The notes below the pieces were generated by a model. That model did not search any database. It saw only the letters and a list, made by a program, of their open reading frames with translations, and had not been told where the DNA came from. Both the position numbers and the translations under genes were made by a program. Shown one piece after another: positions 6,750-15,645 of a DNA stretch of 64,000 bases. This stretch comes from a virus, in the UHGV virus genome UHGV-0293664; one strand, 5' to 3'. The first letter of the stretch is position 1. Each line of letters starts with the position of its first letter.

Positions 6750-7871
6750 ACGCAGTTCGAATGGGAGCAGATAGACTATCTGATGTCTCGTCTGCGATCT
6801 CAGTCAAAGTATCCATCAAGAATGGTTATCAGCTGTAACCCCGATTCAGAACACATGCTTGCCAAACTGGTTAGGTGGTGGTTGGACGATGAAGGGTATC
6901 CAGATCCGGAGAAATGCGGTAAGAAAAGATATTTTATCCGACGCGACGGTGAATTTATCTGGGGAGACTCTAAAGAAGAGTTGATAGAGAAATACACCAC
7001 GGTTAACGGACTGGGTGTAGAGATCAAGCCGAGACCGTTGTCATTCTCGTTTATAGGCGCAACAATCTTCGATAATCCTGTCTGTTTGAGAGACAACCCA
7101 GAATACCTTGCTTTCCTTGAAGGTCTACCCGAGCTTGAAAAAGCTCAGCTTCTTCATGGCAACTGGTTTGCCAAACCTGAGGGTGCGAACTATTTCCAAA
7201 GATCTTTCCTTCGTGATGCCGATAGAGTACCACTTGGATCAGTATCTTGCAGGGCATGGGATAAAGCTGGAACTGAAAGAACTTCAGGTAATAAATTCCC
7301 TGACTTTACCGCCAGTGTTAAGGTAAGTAAAGATAGCGACGGCTTTTATTACCTGTCCGGTTATTATTGTCCTGAGAACGTGGATGACGGGAGGTATTCC
7401 ACAGGTCTGGAAGGTAAGTTCTGTAAAAAGGCTGGTGAACGAGATGTGATCATCAGGAAACAGGCACAGTTTGATGGTGATGATTGTATAATCGTATTCT
7501 CTGTGGACCCCGGTCAGGCAGGTAAGAGTGAGTTCTTAACTTCCTCCAGATCCTTACTCGCCGAAGGGTTTAGGGTTGAAGAAGACCCAATGCCTTCCAA
7601 CAAATCTAAACTAACAAGGTTCTCACCTTTTGCCAATCTTGCCCAACAAGGAATGGTGAGGATTGTAAAATCCAGTTTTCATCCTGATACTCTGGAAGCA
7701 TTTCTGACTGAACTTGAAAAATTCAACGGGGAAAGATCAACATTTAACAGAAAAGACGACTGGGCCGACTGTGTAGCTTCTGCGATTAATTTCCTGGAGA
7801 AAGAGGAGGTAGCACTTCCTTGTGTTATTCCATCAATCTCATCACCTTCTATGTTCAAGCGTTTTATCTAA
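6750..7871 (+). CDS. terL: terminase large subunit, exon 2 (coupling and nuclease C-terminal part)
   Basis: Frame open from 6747; proposed junction gives ...MVCFDEG|TQFEWEQIDYLMSRLR...; SRMVISCNPDSEH coupling-like motif, acidic nuclease-like motifs FSVDPGQAGK and DDWADCVASAINF. Confidence 0.7.
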   Translation, partial: TQFEWEQIDYLMSRLRSQSKYPSRMVISCNPDSEHMLAKLVRWWLDDEGYPDPEKCGKKRYFIRRDGEFIWGDSKEELIEKYTTVNGLGVEIKPRPLSFSFIGATIFDNPVCLRDNPEYLAFLEGLPELEKAQLLHGNWFAKPEGANYFQRSFLRDADRVPLGSVSCRAWDKAGTERTSGNKFPDFTASVKVSKDSDGFYYLSGYYCPENVDDGRYSTGLEGKFCKKAGERDVIIRKQAQFDGDDCIIVFSVDPGQAGKSEFLTSSRSLLAEGFRVEEDPMPSNKSKLTRFSPFANLAQQGMVRIVKSSFHPDTLEAFLTELEKFNGERSTFNRKDDWADCVASAINFLEKEEVALPCVIPSISSPSMFKRFI

Positions 7872-7874
7872 GTG

Positions 7875-7903
7875 TTGCCAATCTTGATCAGATGTGGTAC
7901 AAT
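7875..7903 (+). promoter_or_regulatory. sigma70-type promoter with extended -10 (TTGCCA-N17-TGgTACAAT)
   Basis: TTGCCA 7875-7880; TG at 7895-7896; TACAAT 7898-7903. Confidence 0.5.
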
Positions 7904-7919
7904 AGAGTAATTGGAGATA

Positions 7920-7946
7920 ATAGCCCTCTGATGAGGGCTATTTTGT
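7920..7946 (+). terminator. hairpin plus T-tract just downstream of the promoter (possible attenuator)
   Basis: atagccctc-tgatg-agggctat followed by tttgtt, about 20 nt downstream of the -10 and upstream of the portal RBS. Confidence 0.4.
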
Positions 7947-7971
7947 TATACTGTTTTGAGGGGTAAAGCTT

Positions 7972-9528
7972 GTGTCCAAAAAGAACCGCAGGAAACACAA
8001 CGCCACAGCCAAAACTGTGAATAAATCTGGGAACGCAGGCGCACCAACTCATAATGTTCGTATGAGTGAGATCGGTTCTGGCGCACTTTCCCAAATTATG
8101 GCAGAATCGCAATCTATGATGGTTGAGGAATTGCGTTGGCCTCAGCTGATTGCCACCGTGGAGACTATGAAATGTGATTCCACAGTTGCTACTGCCTTAG
8201 ATACAAAATATGTTTTCATCACGAAAGCATTCAATGATTTTAAGATCCTTTATAATGTTAAAAGTGAAGACTCTAAGAAAGCTGCAGAGCTTATAGAGTA
8301 TTCTTTGCGTAATTTGGCAAACCAACAAACTCTTCGAGATATCGCAAGAAGCGCAGCTACCTTTAACGAGTATGGTTTTTCACTGTTTGAGAAAGTATAC
8401 CGCAGAGAGAAAGAAGGTAAATATGCCGGGATGCTTCTTATTGATAAAATTGCATTCCGACCTCAGGCCAGCTTGTCCAGATCAGAGCCGTTTGTTTTTG
8501 ACAAGAATAGTAGAACACTGACAGGTATTTATCAGTCACCTAATGCATTTCTAAACACTCAGAATGCACGCTGGGCTGGACCTCTTGCTGCAATGCCTTC
8601 AAAAGGCTTTAATGAGCCTGAAATTTTCATCCCTGCTAAAAAGCTTATGCTCATGACCCTGTCAGGAACAGAATCTAACCCTGCAGGTGTATCACCAATG
8701 ATAGGTTGCTACAGATCTTTCCGTGAGAAAGTTCTGATTGAAAACCTTGAGGTTGTTGGCTGTTCCAAAGACCTTGGTGGTGTGCTTGAGCTGAAAATTC
8801 CTTCCAATATTTTGAACAAGGCCAGCATTGACCCGAATTCAATGGAAGGGAGAATGGTTGCAGACCTTATGCTTGACGCAGCAAACGCCCATAGTGGTGA
8901 GCAAAGTTTCTTTATACTTCCGTCTGATAGAGATAAGTCTGGTAAAGAGCTTTACTCCATGACCCTGAAGGGGGTTGACGGTATGGGTAAGCAGTATTCC
9001 ACTAAAGATTTGATTGATGCCCGTAAGAAGGCGATTCTTGACCGTTTCGGTGCTGGCTTTATTAACCTTGGTAACGATAACGTCGGATCTTTCTCTCTGT
9101 CTGAGTCAAAACAGTCTATCCATGGTCATTTTGTTCAGCGTGATATAGATATTATCACTGAGGCCTTCAATAAAGATCTTATCCCACAGCTTCTGGCATT
9201 GAATGGTATCATCCTTGAAGATGATGATATGCCTAAACTGAAACCTGGTCTGATTGAAGAGGTGGACATGGAGAGCTTCTCCAAGTTTGTCCAGAGGATC
9301 GGTGCTGTAGGTTACTTGCCAAAAACTCCTGCAGTAATTAATAAGATTCTTGAAGTAGGCGGGTTTGATGAAAGATTTGACGAGGACATGGATCAGGAAG
9401 AGCTGATGAAGCTCTTGGGCCAGGACATTAGTAGGGCTGGTGATGGAATGGCTGCAGGATCCACTGGCAACGGCACTTCTAAGATGTCATCAACCAGAGA
9501 TAATTCCATATCCAACATGGAAAATTAA
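7972..9528 (+). CDS. portal protein
   Basis: 518-aa ORF (GTG start after RBS GAGGGG) directly downstream of terminase; size and position typical of portal; no motif check possible. Confidence 0.55.
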   Translation: MSKKNRRKHNATAKTVNKSGNAGAPTHNVRMSEIGSGALSQIMAESQSMMVEELRWPQLIATVETMKCDSTVATALDTKYVFITKAFNDFKILYNVKSEDSKKAAELIEYSLRNLANQQTLRDIARSAATFNEYGFSLFEKVYRREKEGKYAGMLLIDKIAFRPQASLSRSEPFVFDKNSRTLTGIYQSPNAFLNTQNARWAGPLAAMPSKGFNEPEIFIPAKKLMLMTLSGTESNPAGVSPMIGCYRSFREKVLIENLEVVGCSKDLGGVLELKIPSNILNKASIDPNSMEGRMVADLMLDAANAHSGEQSFFILPSDRDKSGKELYSMTLKGVDGMGKQYSTKDLIDARKKAILDRFGAGFINLGNDNVGSFSLSESKQSIHGHFVQRDIDIITEAFNKDLIPQLLALNGIILEDDDMPKLKPGLIEEVDMESFSKFVQRIGAVGYLPKTPAVINKILEVGGFDERFDEDMDQEELMKLLGQDISRAGDGMAAGSTGNGTSKMSSTRDNSISNMEN

Positions 9529-9595
9529 AAATTATCAACACAGGGGGTTGCAAAACCTCCTTTGGCGTGATAAAATAATCCACATGGGGAATAAG

Positions 9596-10015
9596 ATGCC
9601 ACAGGAAGAAATGATTTCCTACGAAATCATCTACGAGCCTGACACTAAAGATGCTCACGGTGAGTGGATGAGTAAAGACACCATCAAAAAGGCTAAAGAT
9701 AACTGGGACGCAGCATACGCCGCAGGCCTAGTTTCTGAAAACCTTTTTCACTTGACCTCTACAGATGCTTTCACCATTGAAAAGACGTGGATTCAAGAAG
9801 AGTTTGATGTTGTAGTGATTGGCACTGAGCAGGTCATCAAGGCTGGCTCTTGGGTTGCTAAAGTTAAATACAATAATCCTGAATTATGGGAAGCTAAGAA
9901 GGCTGGCATTGTTGGTGGCCTAAGCATTCAGGCAACAGGTAATGTTGATGAAGAAACTGGTGAAATTACCAACGTAAACTTCGGGATCAGTGTTGTAGAA
10001 GAGGGCAATGAATAA
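9596..10015 (+). CDS. head morphogenesis protein (possible prohead protease)
   Basis: Between portal and scaffold-like gene; start trimmed to the ATG at 9596 after GGGGAA, because the track ORF 9440..10015 overlaps the portal 3' end. Confidence 0.3.
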   Translation: MPQEEMISYEIIYEPDTKDAHGEWMSKDTIKKAKDNWDAAYAAGLVSENLFHLTSTDAFTIEKTWIQEEFDVVVIGTEQVIKAGSWVAKVKYNNPELWEAKKAGIVGGLSIQATGNVDEETGEITNVNFGISVVEEGNE

Positions 10016-10992
10016 TGTCTGAAAAAACGATTACTATTAAAGAGAAGGGGATTGCCCTGTGCCATAAGGCGCAAGGCTATAGCGCTAACAACAGACCTGT
10101 ATCTCTTTTGATGAAGAGTGATCTTCAGCCTGAGCAGTTGACAGACGATATTGTTAAGGCACTTCGCCAAGTTACTGTGGAGCTTAGTTTTGAAGAATAC
10201 CTGCGTCGTTTCTTCGATATGTGGTATGACGATGCCAAGGCACTTGCACACATGCTTGGTTTTGAGATTGAAGAGGAAGCTTGGGCTAAAGAGCATCCTG
10301 ATTGGGAATGGGCGCAAGCTGACGCAGAGTCTTGCATTGCATGGCTGGAAGAGCGTTGTGATAACGTGACCATTCATAAAGCTGCAAAAGAAGGCAAGCA
10401 GCTTAGTGTGGTAGATCAGTACAGCCTGTTAAAAACACAACAGATTTTTGAACAAGTAACCGCTGATCTCTTCGATAAAGAAGGGAACCTGATCAAGGCG
10501 GTACAGGAACCTACTGAGGTGGATAAAACTACCGAGGTGGATGATGTTGCAAAATCCGCAAATACCGAGGAGAATCCGGTGGACGTAACCAAAACTAAAG
10601 AGTATCTGGATCTGCTGAAGCAAGTAGAAGAGCTGAAAGCAACCCAGAGTAAAGCTGAAGAAATCATCAAGGCCCAGGTTGAAGTTGAAAAAGCTAAAAT
10701 GCTGGCTAAAGCTCAAGCTTTAAGCTTTGTTGGTGAAGAAGATCATGCAACCCTTGTTGACTTCATGCTGGAAAAAGCTAACGAACCTATCGTAGCTATG
10801 CTGGAGAAAGCTCAAGCCAAAATTAAAGAGCTGGAAGCAGAGGTGCATAAAACCAAAGAAGAGTTTGCCACCACTGAACATGGTAATGATGGCGAACCTG
10901 TTGTGGATGATATTGCAAAATCCGCAGAAGAAATTCTTGCTGAAAACGTTGCAAAAGCGCTTGCTCGTGCACGTGCAGAATCTAACAAATAA
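10015..10992 (+). CDS. scaffolding protein
   Basis: 325 aa, highly acidic and Ala/Glu/Lys-rich with coiled-coil character, placed between portal/protease and capsid genes. Confidence 0.5.
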   Translation: MSEKTITIKEKGIALCHKAQGYSANNRPVSLLMKSDLQPEQLTDDIVKALRQVTVELSFEEYLRRFFDMWYDDAKALAHMLGFEIEEEAWAKEHPDWEWAQADAESCIAWLEERCDNVTIHKAAKEGKQLSVVDQYSLLKTQQIFEQVTADLFDKEGNLIKAVQEPTEVDKTTEVDDVAKSANTEENPVDVTKTKEYLDLLKQVEELKATQSKAEEIIKAQVEVEKAKMLAKAQALSFVGEEDHATLVDFMLEKANEPIVAMLEKAQAKIKELEAEVHKTKEEFATTEHGNDGEPVVDDIAKSAEEILAENVAKALARARAESNK

Positions 10993-11012
10993 GACATTAA
11001 CGGGGGAAATAA

Positions 11013-11402
11013 ATGATTACCGCTCAATATTCTGATATCGTGCTCGGCAAAGTTGATTCTAGCGATGCTGGCTACAATTTTAAAGAGATGGAAATTACAC
11101 TGACAGAGCACCATCATGCTGGCACTGTTGTAACAAAAATTGGCACTATCGCTAACGATGATGGCTCAGATGTTTATGGTGTTCTTGTAGACCGAGCTCT
11201 GGTAAAAGATGCAGGAAAAGTTCATCTGGCTGAGCCTCTGCAAACAGGTCAGAAATATAAACTGGTTGTTGCAGTTCACGGTGTTACCTTTGCAAAAGAT
11301 AAGCTGCTAGGGTCTAACGGTGAAGCAGCTAAGCAGGCTGTTCTTGAAAAGCTGGAAGCTCTGGGTAACAAAGTTCACGTCCAGACTCTTGGTGAAGAGT
11401 AA
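11013..11402 (+). CDS. head decoration-like protein
   Basis: 129-aa ORF immediately upstream of the capsid candidate with strong RBS and highly biased codon usage; call by position only. Confidence 0.35.
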   Translation: MITAQYSDIVLGKVDSSDAGYNFKEMEITLTEHHHAGTVVTKIGTIANDDGSDVYGVLVDRALVKDAGKVHLAEPLQTGQKYKLVVAVHGVTFAKDKLLGSNGEAAKQAVLEKLEALGNKVHVQTLGEE

Positions 11403-11449
11403 GCCCTAAATAGTTCGGGAAATATTTAAGTTTTACTTTGGAGAAATAA

Positions 11450-12460
11450 ATGATTACTCGTAAAGATGAATTTGGCATTGTTGATTTAGGTGCTACTCTG
11501 GACCTTGTTCCGCGCCAATTCCGACTGATTACCGGTATGGATCTGTTCGAAACCCGTCTCGGCACCTCAACAATTGCTCAGATCGAGCGTGTTGATGAAG
11601 TCGTAACCGACATTCCGGCACGCCGTCGTGGTGGTGAGCGTAACTACGTTGGTAGTGAACGTGCTCAGGTTAAAAACCTGAACATCCCGTTCTTCCCTCT
11701 GGACAAAGGCATCACCGCAGCAGATGTTCAGAACTTCCGTCGTTACTTCACTCCTGATGCTCCGAAAACTGTTCAGGACGTAGTAACCCGCGTTGTTCGC
11801 CGTATCCGTGTTTCTCATGAAGCACTGCGTGAGAAAGCGCTGTTCCAGGCTATTCTGGGTAAATCCTATGCACCTGGTGACACAACCTGTCAGTATGACT
11901 ACTACACTCTGTGGGGTGTGACTCAGAAGTCTGTTGAGATTGACCCTGCAAAAGCAGATCAGGATCCGATGGAGGTTCTGGAAGAAGCTCGTCTGCACAT
12001 CGCGCTGCAAGCTGGCGATAACGCAGCTGGTTATCGTATTGTAGCCCTGTGCTCACCAGAGTTCTTCAGTGCTATTACCCATCACCCACTGGTAGAACTG
12101 GCATACACCTATTACGGCTCTGCTCAGGAACCTCTGCGTCGCCGTCTGGGTGCAGGTGGTCAAGACAGCGTATACCGTGTGTTTGAGCATAAAGGTATCA
12201 CCTTTATCGAAGATATCTCTGGCAATATTCCTAAGAAAGAAGCTCGCATTCTGCCGATGGGTATTGATCAGATGTTCCAGCTGCACTTTGCTCCGGCAGA
12301 TGATGTTAACGAAGCAAACACTCCAGCACAGGAACTGTACATGTGGTATAAACACTCTGCATACCTGCGTGAAGAGAAGATTGAATCTGAAACTTCCATG
12401 CTGGCAGTTAACACCCGTCCAGAGCTGGTTGTTAAAGCAACTCTGAAAGCTGGTGGCTAA
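11450..12460 (+). CDS. major capsid protein (candidate)
   Basis: 336 aa, strongly biased high-expression codon usage, follows scaffold and decoration-like genes, followed by a strong terminator. Confidence 0.5.
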   Translation: MITRKDEFGIVDLGATLDLVPRQFRLITGMDLFETRLGTSTIAQIERVDEVVTDIPARRRGGERNYVGSERAQVKNLNIPFFPLDKGITAADVQNFRRYFTPDAPKTVQDVVTRVVRRIRVSHEALREKALFQAILGKSYAPGDTTCQYDYYTLWGVTQKSVEIDPAKADQDPMEVLEEARLHIALQAGDNAAGYRIVALCSPEFFSAITHHPLVELAYTYYGSAQEPLRRRLGAGGQDSVYRVFEHKGITFIEDISGNIPKKEARILPMGIDQMFQLHFAPADDVNEANTPAQELYMWYKHSAYLREEKIESETSMLAVNTRPELVVKATLKAGG

Positions 12461-12484
12461 TCACTGATGTGATTCATCCCATAT

Positions 12485-12513
12485 GGGGAGGGGGTTCTCC
12501 CCTCCCCTTTTTA
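12485..12513 (+). terminator. strong intrinsic terminator after the capsid gene
   Basis: GGGGAGGGGG-ttct-CCCCTCCCC then TTTTTATTT. Confidence 0.75.
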
Positions 12514-12540
12514 TTTATTAGGGTTTACCAGGAGTGTCCC

Positions 12541-13389
12541 GTGAAGAGAGCTGTATATCCAGTCGAGTATGATCCTCTATTAAGAGTTTTCAACAATCAG
12601 TTAAGTTTTTATCAATTTTTAGCACAATATAACCCAGAAATCAATGTTGGTTTATCAGCCCTGCTGCCACCAACAGAATTCGTTATCGGCAGTGTTCACT
12701 ATCCGTGCAGAACGATTGTAGACTTCTTCGAGAAGATTGCAAAACATACAGGACTGCCAATTGATCCTGGTATTTCAACTATCCGTATGGGTGTTATTCT
12801 TCTGTTCTTCACAGAGAACCTTGATGAAAGCACTTTAACACTGCAAAGCGGGGATGTCAATATCACACTCACCCCGTCAGTGTTTAAAGAGGTAGATGCT
12901 GCTTTCCAAGTTTCCGTGGCAGAGGGCCATCTATGGGACCCTGTAGGGATGCCTAAAAAAGTGACCATAAACGATGAGCAATGCAATATTGTTTATGAAG
13001 AAGATACCCAAACCTTCACCATTGAGTGGCCTAAGAAACGTTCTCAGGTTGTAAATCTTGGACTGGTCTCTACGATAGCTCCACCGCCTGAACCAGAGCC
13101 GGAGCCGCCTGTAGGTCCTACTGAACCTGGTGGTGGTGGTGAAGAATCTCAAGGTCCGACTGTACCTGAGGAAGGCACTGAGCAGGATCCTGAACAGGCA
13201 CAAGAATCAAGATCTTCTCGCAGTGATGTTGATGCCATACTACAGCAGGCCGCAGCTCTTAACAACGAAGATGACAAAAGTGGTTCAAAAGATGCACTTC
13301 AAGCCTTCGCTAAAGAGTACGGTGTTACCTTAAGTAAGGCAAAAACTTTCCAAAATATGATGAAAGATTTTGAGGCTGCACTGGCATAA
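12541..13389 (+). CDS. hypothetical head/neck protein with Pro/Glu-rich linker
   Basis: GTG start after RBS AGGAG (the track start 12469 lies in the terminator); contains PPEPEPEPPVGPTEPGGGGEE linker. Confidence 0.4.
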   Translation: MKRAVYPVEYDPLLRVFNNQLSFYQFLAQYNPEINVGLSALLPPTEFVIGSVHYPCRTIVDFFEKIAKHTGLPIDPGISTIRMGVILLFFTENLDESTLTLQSGDVNITLTPSVFKEVDAAFQVSVAEGHLWDPVGMPKKVTINDEQCNIVYEEDTQTFTIEWPKKRSQVVNLGLVSTIAPPPEPEPEPPVGPTEPGGGGEESQGPTVPEEGTEQDPEQAQESRSSRSDVDAILQQAAALNNEDDKSGSKDALQAFAKEYGVTLSKAKTFQNMMKDFEAALA

Positions 13390-13398
13390 TTTTGTTAA

Positions 13399-13433
13399 GG
13401 CCCCTTCCAAATCAGGAATGGGGCTTTATTTTT
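13399..13433 (+). terminator. intrinsic terminator
   Basis: ggccccttcc-aaatca-ggaatggggc followed by tttattttt. Confidence 0.6.
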
Positions 13434-13448
13434 ACGAGGTATTTTCAA

Positions 13449-14069
13449 ATGGCATGGTATGAAGATGAAGAGATTATCCCGTCCCCGCCTAACCATGATG
13501 GTGTAGTTGATACCCCAGAAGAACCACCAAAAGAAGATCCTGTACCTCCGGAACCTGATCCAGACCAACCTCTTATTAATATTATGAGGTTGTTGCTTGG
13601 CAATGTTGATGAGGAAACCCTCCCTGACGAGGTAATTAAAACATTCCTTGACATGGAGAAGCTGAAACTAAATTATCCGGCAGACCCTGATAAGCTACCT
13701 CTGCTTAAGTACAATGTGCTTGTGCAGCTTGTGCGGTGGCTGATGATGCAGGAAGTGTCCAGCGGTAATGCAAGTATAACTTCTCGTCTGGAAAAAATAG
13801 GTGATGAGACCATAGAGATTCGTGGTGGATCTGCCTACGCCCAGTGGAAAGATTTCCTTGATTGGCTGCTGGCACACCCAGACTATGTAGACTCTGAGCT
13901 GGATGCTTACAGCAGAATGATTATCATTGGTGGTGTTCGTGTAGACGAAGGAATTCGGGTTAAATTTAATGAAAACAGCAACGGCCCGTTCGATGTCCAA
14001 GGGATTACACCTATCAGTGGTCTAAATAATCAACCTCCTCGCCACCCAAGACGCAAACGCAGTTTTTAA
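13449..14069 (+). CDS. hypothetical neck/head-tail joining protein
   Basis: ATG at 13449 (MAWYEDEE...); the track start 13392 lies inside the terminator hairpin. Confidence 0.35.
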   Translation: MAWYEDEEIIPSPPNHDGVVDTPEEPPKEDPVPPEPDPDQPLINIMRLLLGNVDEETLPDEVIKTFLDMEKLKLNYPADPDKLPLLKYNVLVQLVRWLMMQEVSSGNASITSRLEKIGDETIEIRGGSAYAQWKDFLDWLLAHPDYVDSELDAYSRMIIIGGVRVDEGIRVKFNENSNGPFDVQGITPISGLNNQPPRHPRRKRSF

Positions 14070-14075
14070 AAATTG

Positions 14076-14104
14076 TTGCTTTTGATGTATCTTTGTGGTA
14101 AAAT
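14076..14104 (+). promoter_or_regulatory. sigma70-type promoter with extended -10 (TTGCTT-N17-TGgTAAAAT)
   Basis: TTGCTT 14076-14081; TG 14096-14097; TAAAAT 14099-14104. Confidence 0.5.
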
Positions 14105-14122
14105 ACATTAGTGAGGAATATA

Positions 14123-14587
14123 ATGCTAAAGGTTAAATGTCAAACAAGGTTCAACTTAAAGCGTTTAGATCGCTTTTATAAAGACCTTGTGAAACTTGAA
14201 AGCAAAACAATAACCTACGGCTTTTATGACGAACCTCACCCGTCAGGCTTAAATATGGCAACATTGGCAGCTATTCACAACTTCGGTTGGAACGGGCTGC
14301 CTGTTCGCAATTTCATGGAGACGGCCTTTGCATTTCACAGCACGCAACTGCAAACCTTGACAGAAAAATTGTTGAGGGCTATGGCTAGAGGATCAAGTGC
14401 AGAGGCCGTTCTTAGGCAGATGGGGGACACAGGGGCTAAAGCTATCCAGTTTGTTATTGAGGCTGGTCAGTTTAGTAACCCTACTGTTAGTGAGCAGTGG
14501 GCACAAGAGAAGGGCTTCAACGAGGCTATGCGGCATTACGATGTGCTGCTGGAATCTGCAACCTTTAAAATTGGACAGCAAAAATAA
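14123..14587 (+). CDS. hypothetical head-tail connector protein
   Basis: ATG at 14123 after RBS GTGAGGA; position between capsid and tail genes. Confidence 0.35.
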   Translation: MLKVKCQTRFNLKRLDRFYKDLVKLESKTITYGFYDEPHPSGLNMATLAAIHNFGWNGLPVRNFMETAFAFHSTQLQTLTEKLLRAMARGSSAEAVLRQMGDTGAKAIQFVIEAGQFSNPTVSEQWAQEKGFNEAMRHYDVLLESATFKIGQQK

Positions 14588-14596
14588 GGGGGTTGA

Positions 14597-15022
14597 GTGG
14601 CAGCAGGTTATAAGCTGATAGGAAAGAACAGGCTAATACCCCGTAAAACATTTAAAGGTCGCCACAGAGTGTATAACAAAACAGTTGGTGGTCCTTTTGC
14701 TAACGAGGGGTTAGAACTTGAGTATGAAGAGTTTGATGTCTTAGAGTGTGTTGTGCAGCCGTTGACAGGAAGGGCAGCTAAAGATTACTCCTCTCAAATA
14801 AATCCCGAAGGTGACAGACAGTACGAGGCTTTTACAGTTTACTCCTCAACCAAGTTGTATAGTCCAGATGAAGGAACATATGCAATGGCTGATCAAATTC
14901 AGCTGCCTGACATCCGTGGTGACTTGAAATGGTTTACCGTTTTAAAATGCGATGCATATGTCACGTCTGGTGGTGGAAGATATAGATTTTTTGTGGTAGA
15001 AGAGCCTGAAGGAGAAGACTGA
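14597..15022 (+). CDS. hypothetical head-tail connector protein
   Basis: GTG start after RBS AAGGGGG; 141 aa. Confidence 0.35.
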   Translation: MAAGYKLIGKNRLIPRKTFKGRHRVYNKTVGGPFANEGLELEYEEFDVLECVVQPLTGRAAKDYSSQINPEGDRQYEAFTVYSSTKLYSPDEGTYAMADQIQLPDIRGDLKWFTVLKCDAYVTSGGGRYRFFVVEEPEGED

Positions 15023-15573
15023 TGGAAGCTTTCGAAAAAGTTTTTTCTGATCTTGAAACAACCATTGCTAAGCTTGTCAAGGTTGCCACAGGAAGAACTG
15101 TAGTTCTGGCAGAAAGCTTCACCATACCGAAGCCGGAAGGTGAGTTTGTACTTTTACAAACCTTGGCGATCAATCCCACCACTTGGGAAGATAACGAGTT
15201 CCAAGATGCGGAAGGTAATGCTTACGTAACACACAGTTACACTGTTACCTATCTGTTAACAGCTTATCGTGGCAGGGCATATGCTGCACTTAGCAGAGTA
15301 TTGCAAGCAATAAACCTTCCAATGTTTTATGACAAGTATTTCCCTCTGGGATCGTGCTTTGCCTACTCTAACAATTCAACAATCTCACCTCAAAGAGTGC
15401 CGTTGAATAAGCAGACGTATGAAAATAGGGCCACGGTAATGCTGACATTTAACGTAAGGTTTGTTGAGACAGACATTGGGGCTTTTGAGGATCTTCAGGG
15501 AATTAAGGCTGAAATAACCATACACTTCCCTTCACCCAATTCTGATAAATCGGTTACAGACAGTGGTCAGTAA
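15022..15573 (+). CDS. hypothetical tail completion/neck protein
   Basis: 183-aa ORF with start overlapping the upstream stop. Confidence 0.35.
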   Translation: MEAFEKVFSDLETTIAKLVKVATGRTVVLAESFTIPKPEGEFVLLQTLAINPTTWEDNEFQDAEGNAYVTHSYTVTYLLTAYRGRAYAALSRVLQAINLPMFYDKYFPLGSCFAYSNNSTISPQRVPLNKQTYENRATVMLTFNVRFVETDIGAFEDLQGIKAEITIHFPSPNSDKSVTDSGQ

Positions 15574-15645
15574 TCGTTATAATTGTGTAGTGTAATGATT
15601 ACACTGCGTGTTTGATATCCGTGCACAGATATTAAGAGGAAACAA

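Noticed and set aside
5441-7871. Intein as the reason for the split terminase
   Set aside because: The two terminase halves are in different reading frames and separated by stop codons, and the endonuclease is a free-standing ORF, so in-frame protein splicing is not possible
9440-9595. Track start at 9440 for the gene after the portal
   Set aside because: It would overlap the portal 3' end by 89 nt with no RBS; an in-frame ATG at 9596 with a GGGGA RBS is more plausible
12469-12540. Track start codons at 12469 and 13392 for the two genes after the capsid gene
   Set aside because: Both lie inside intrinsic terminator hairpins; starts with RBS are at 12541 (GTG) and 13449 (ATG)
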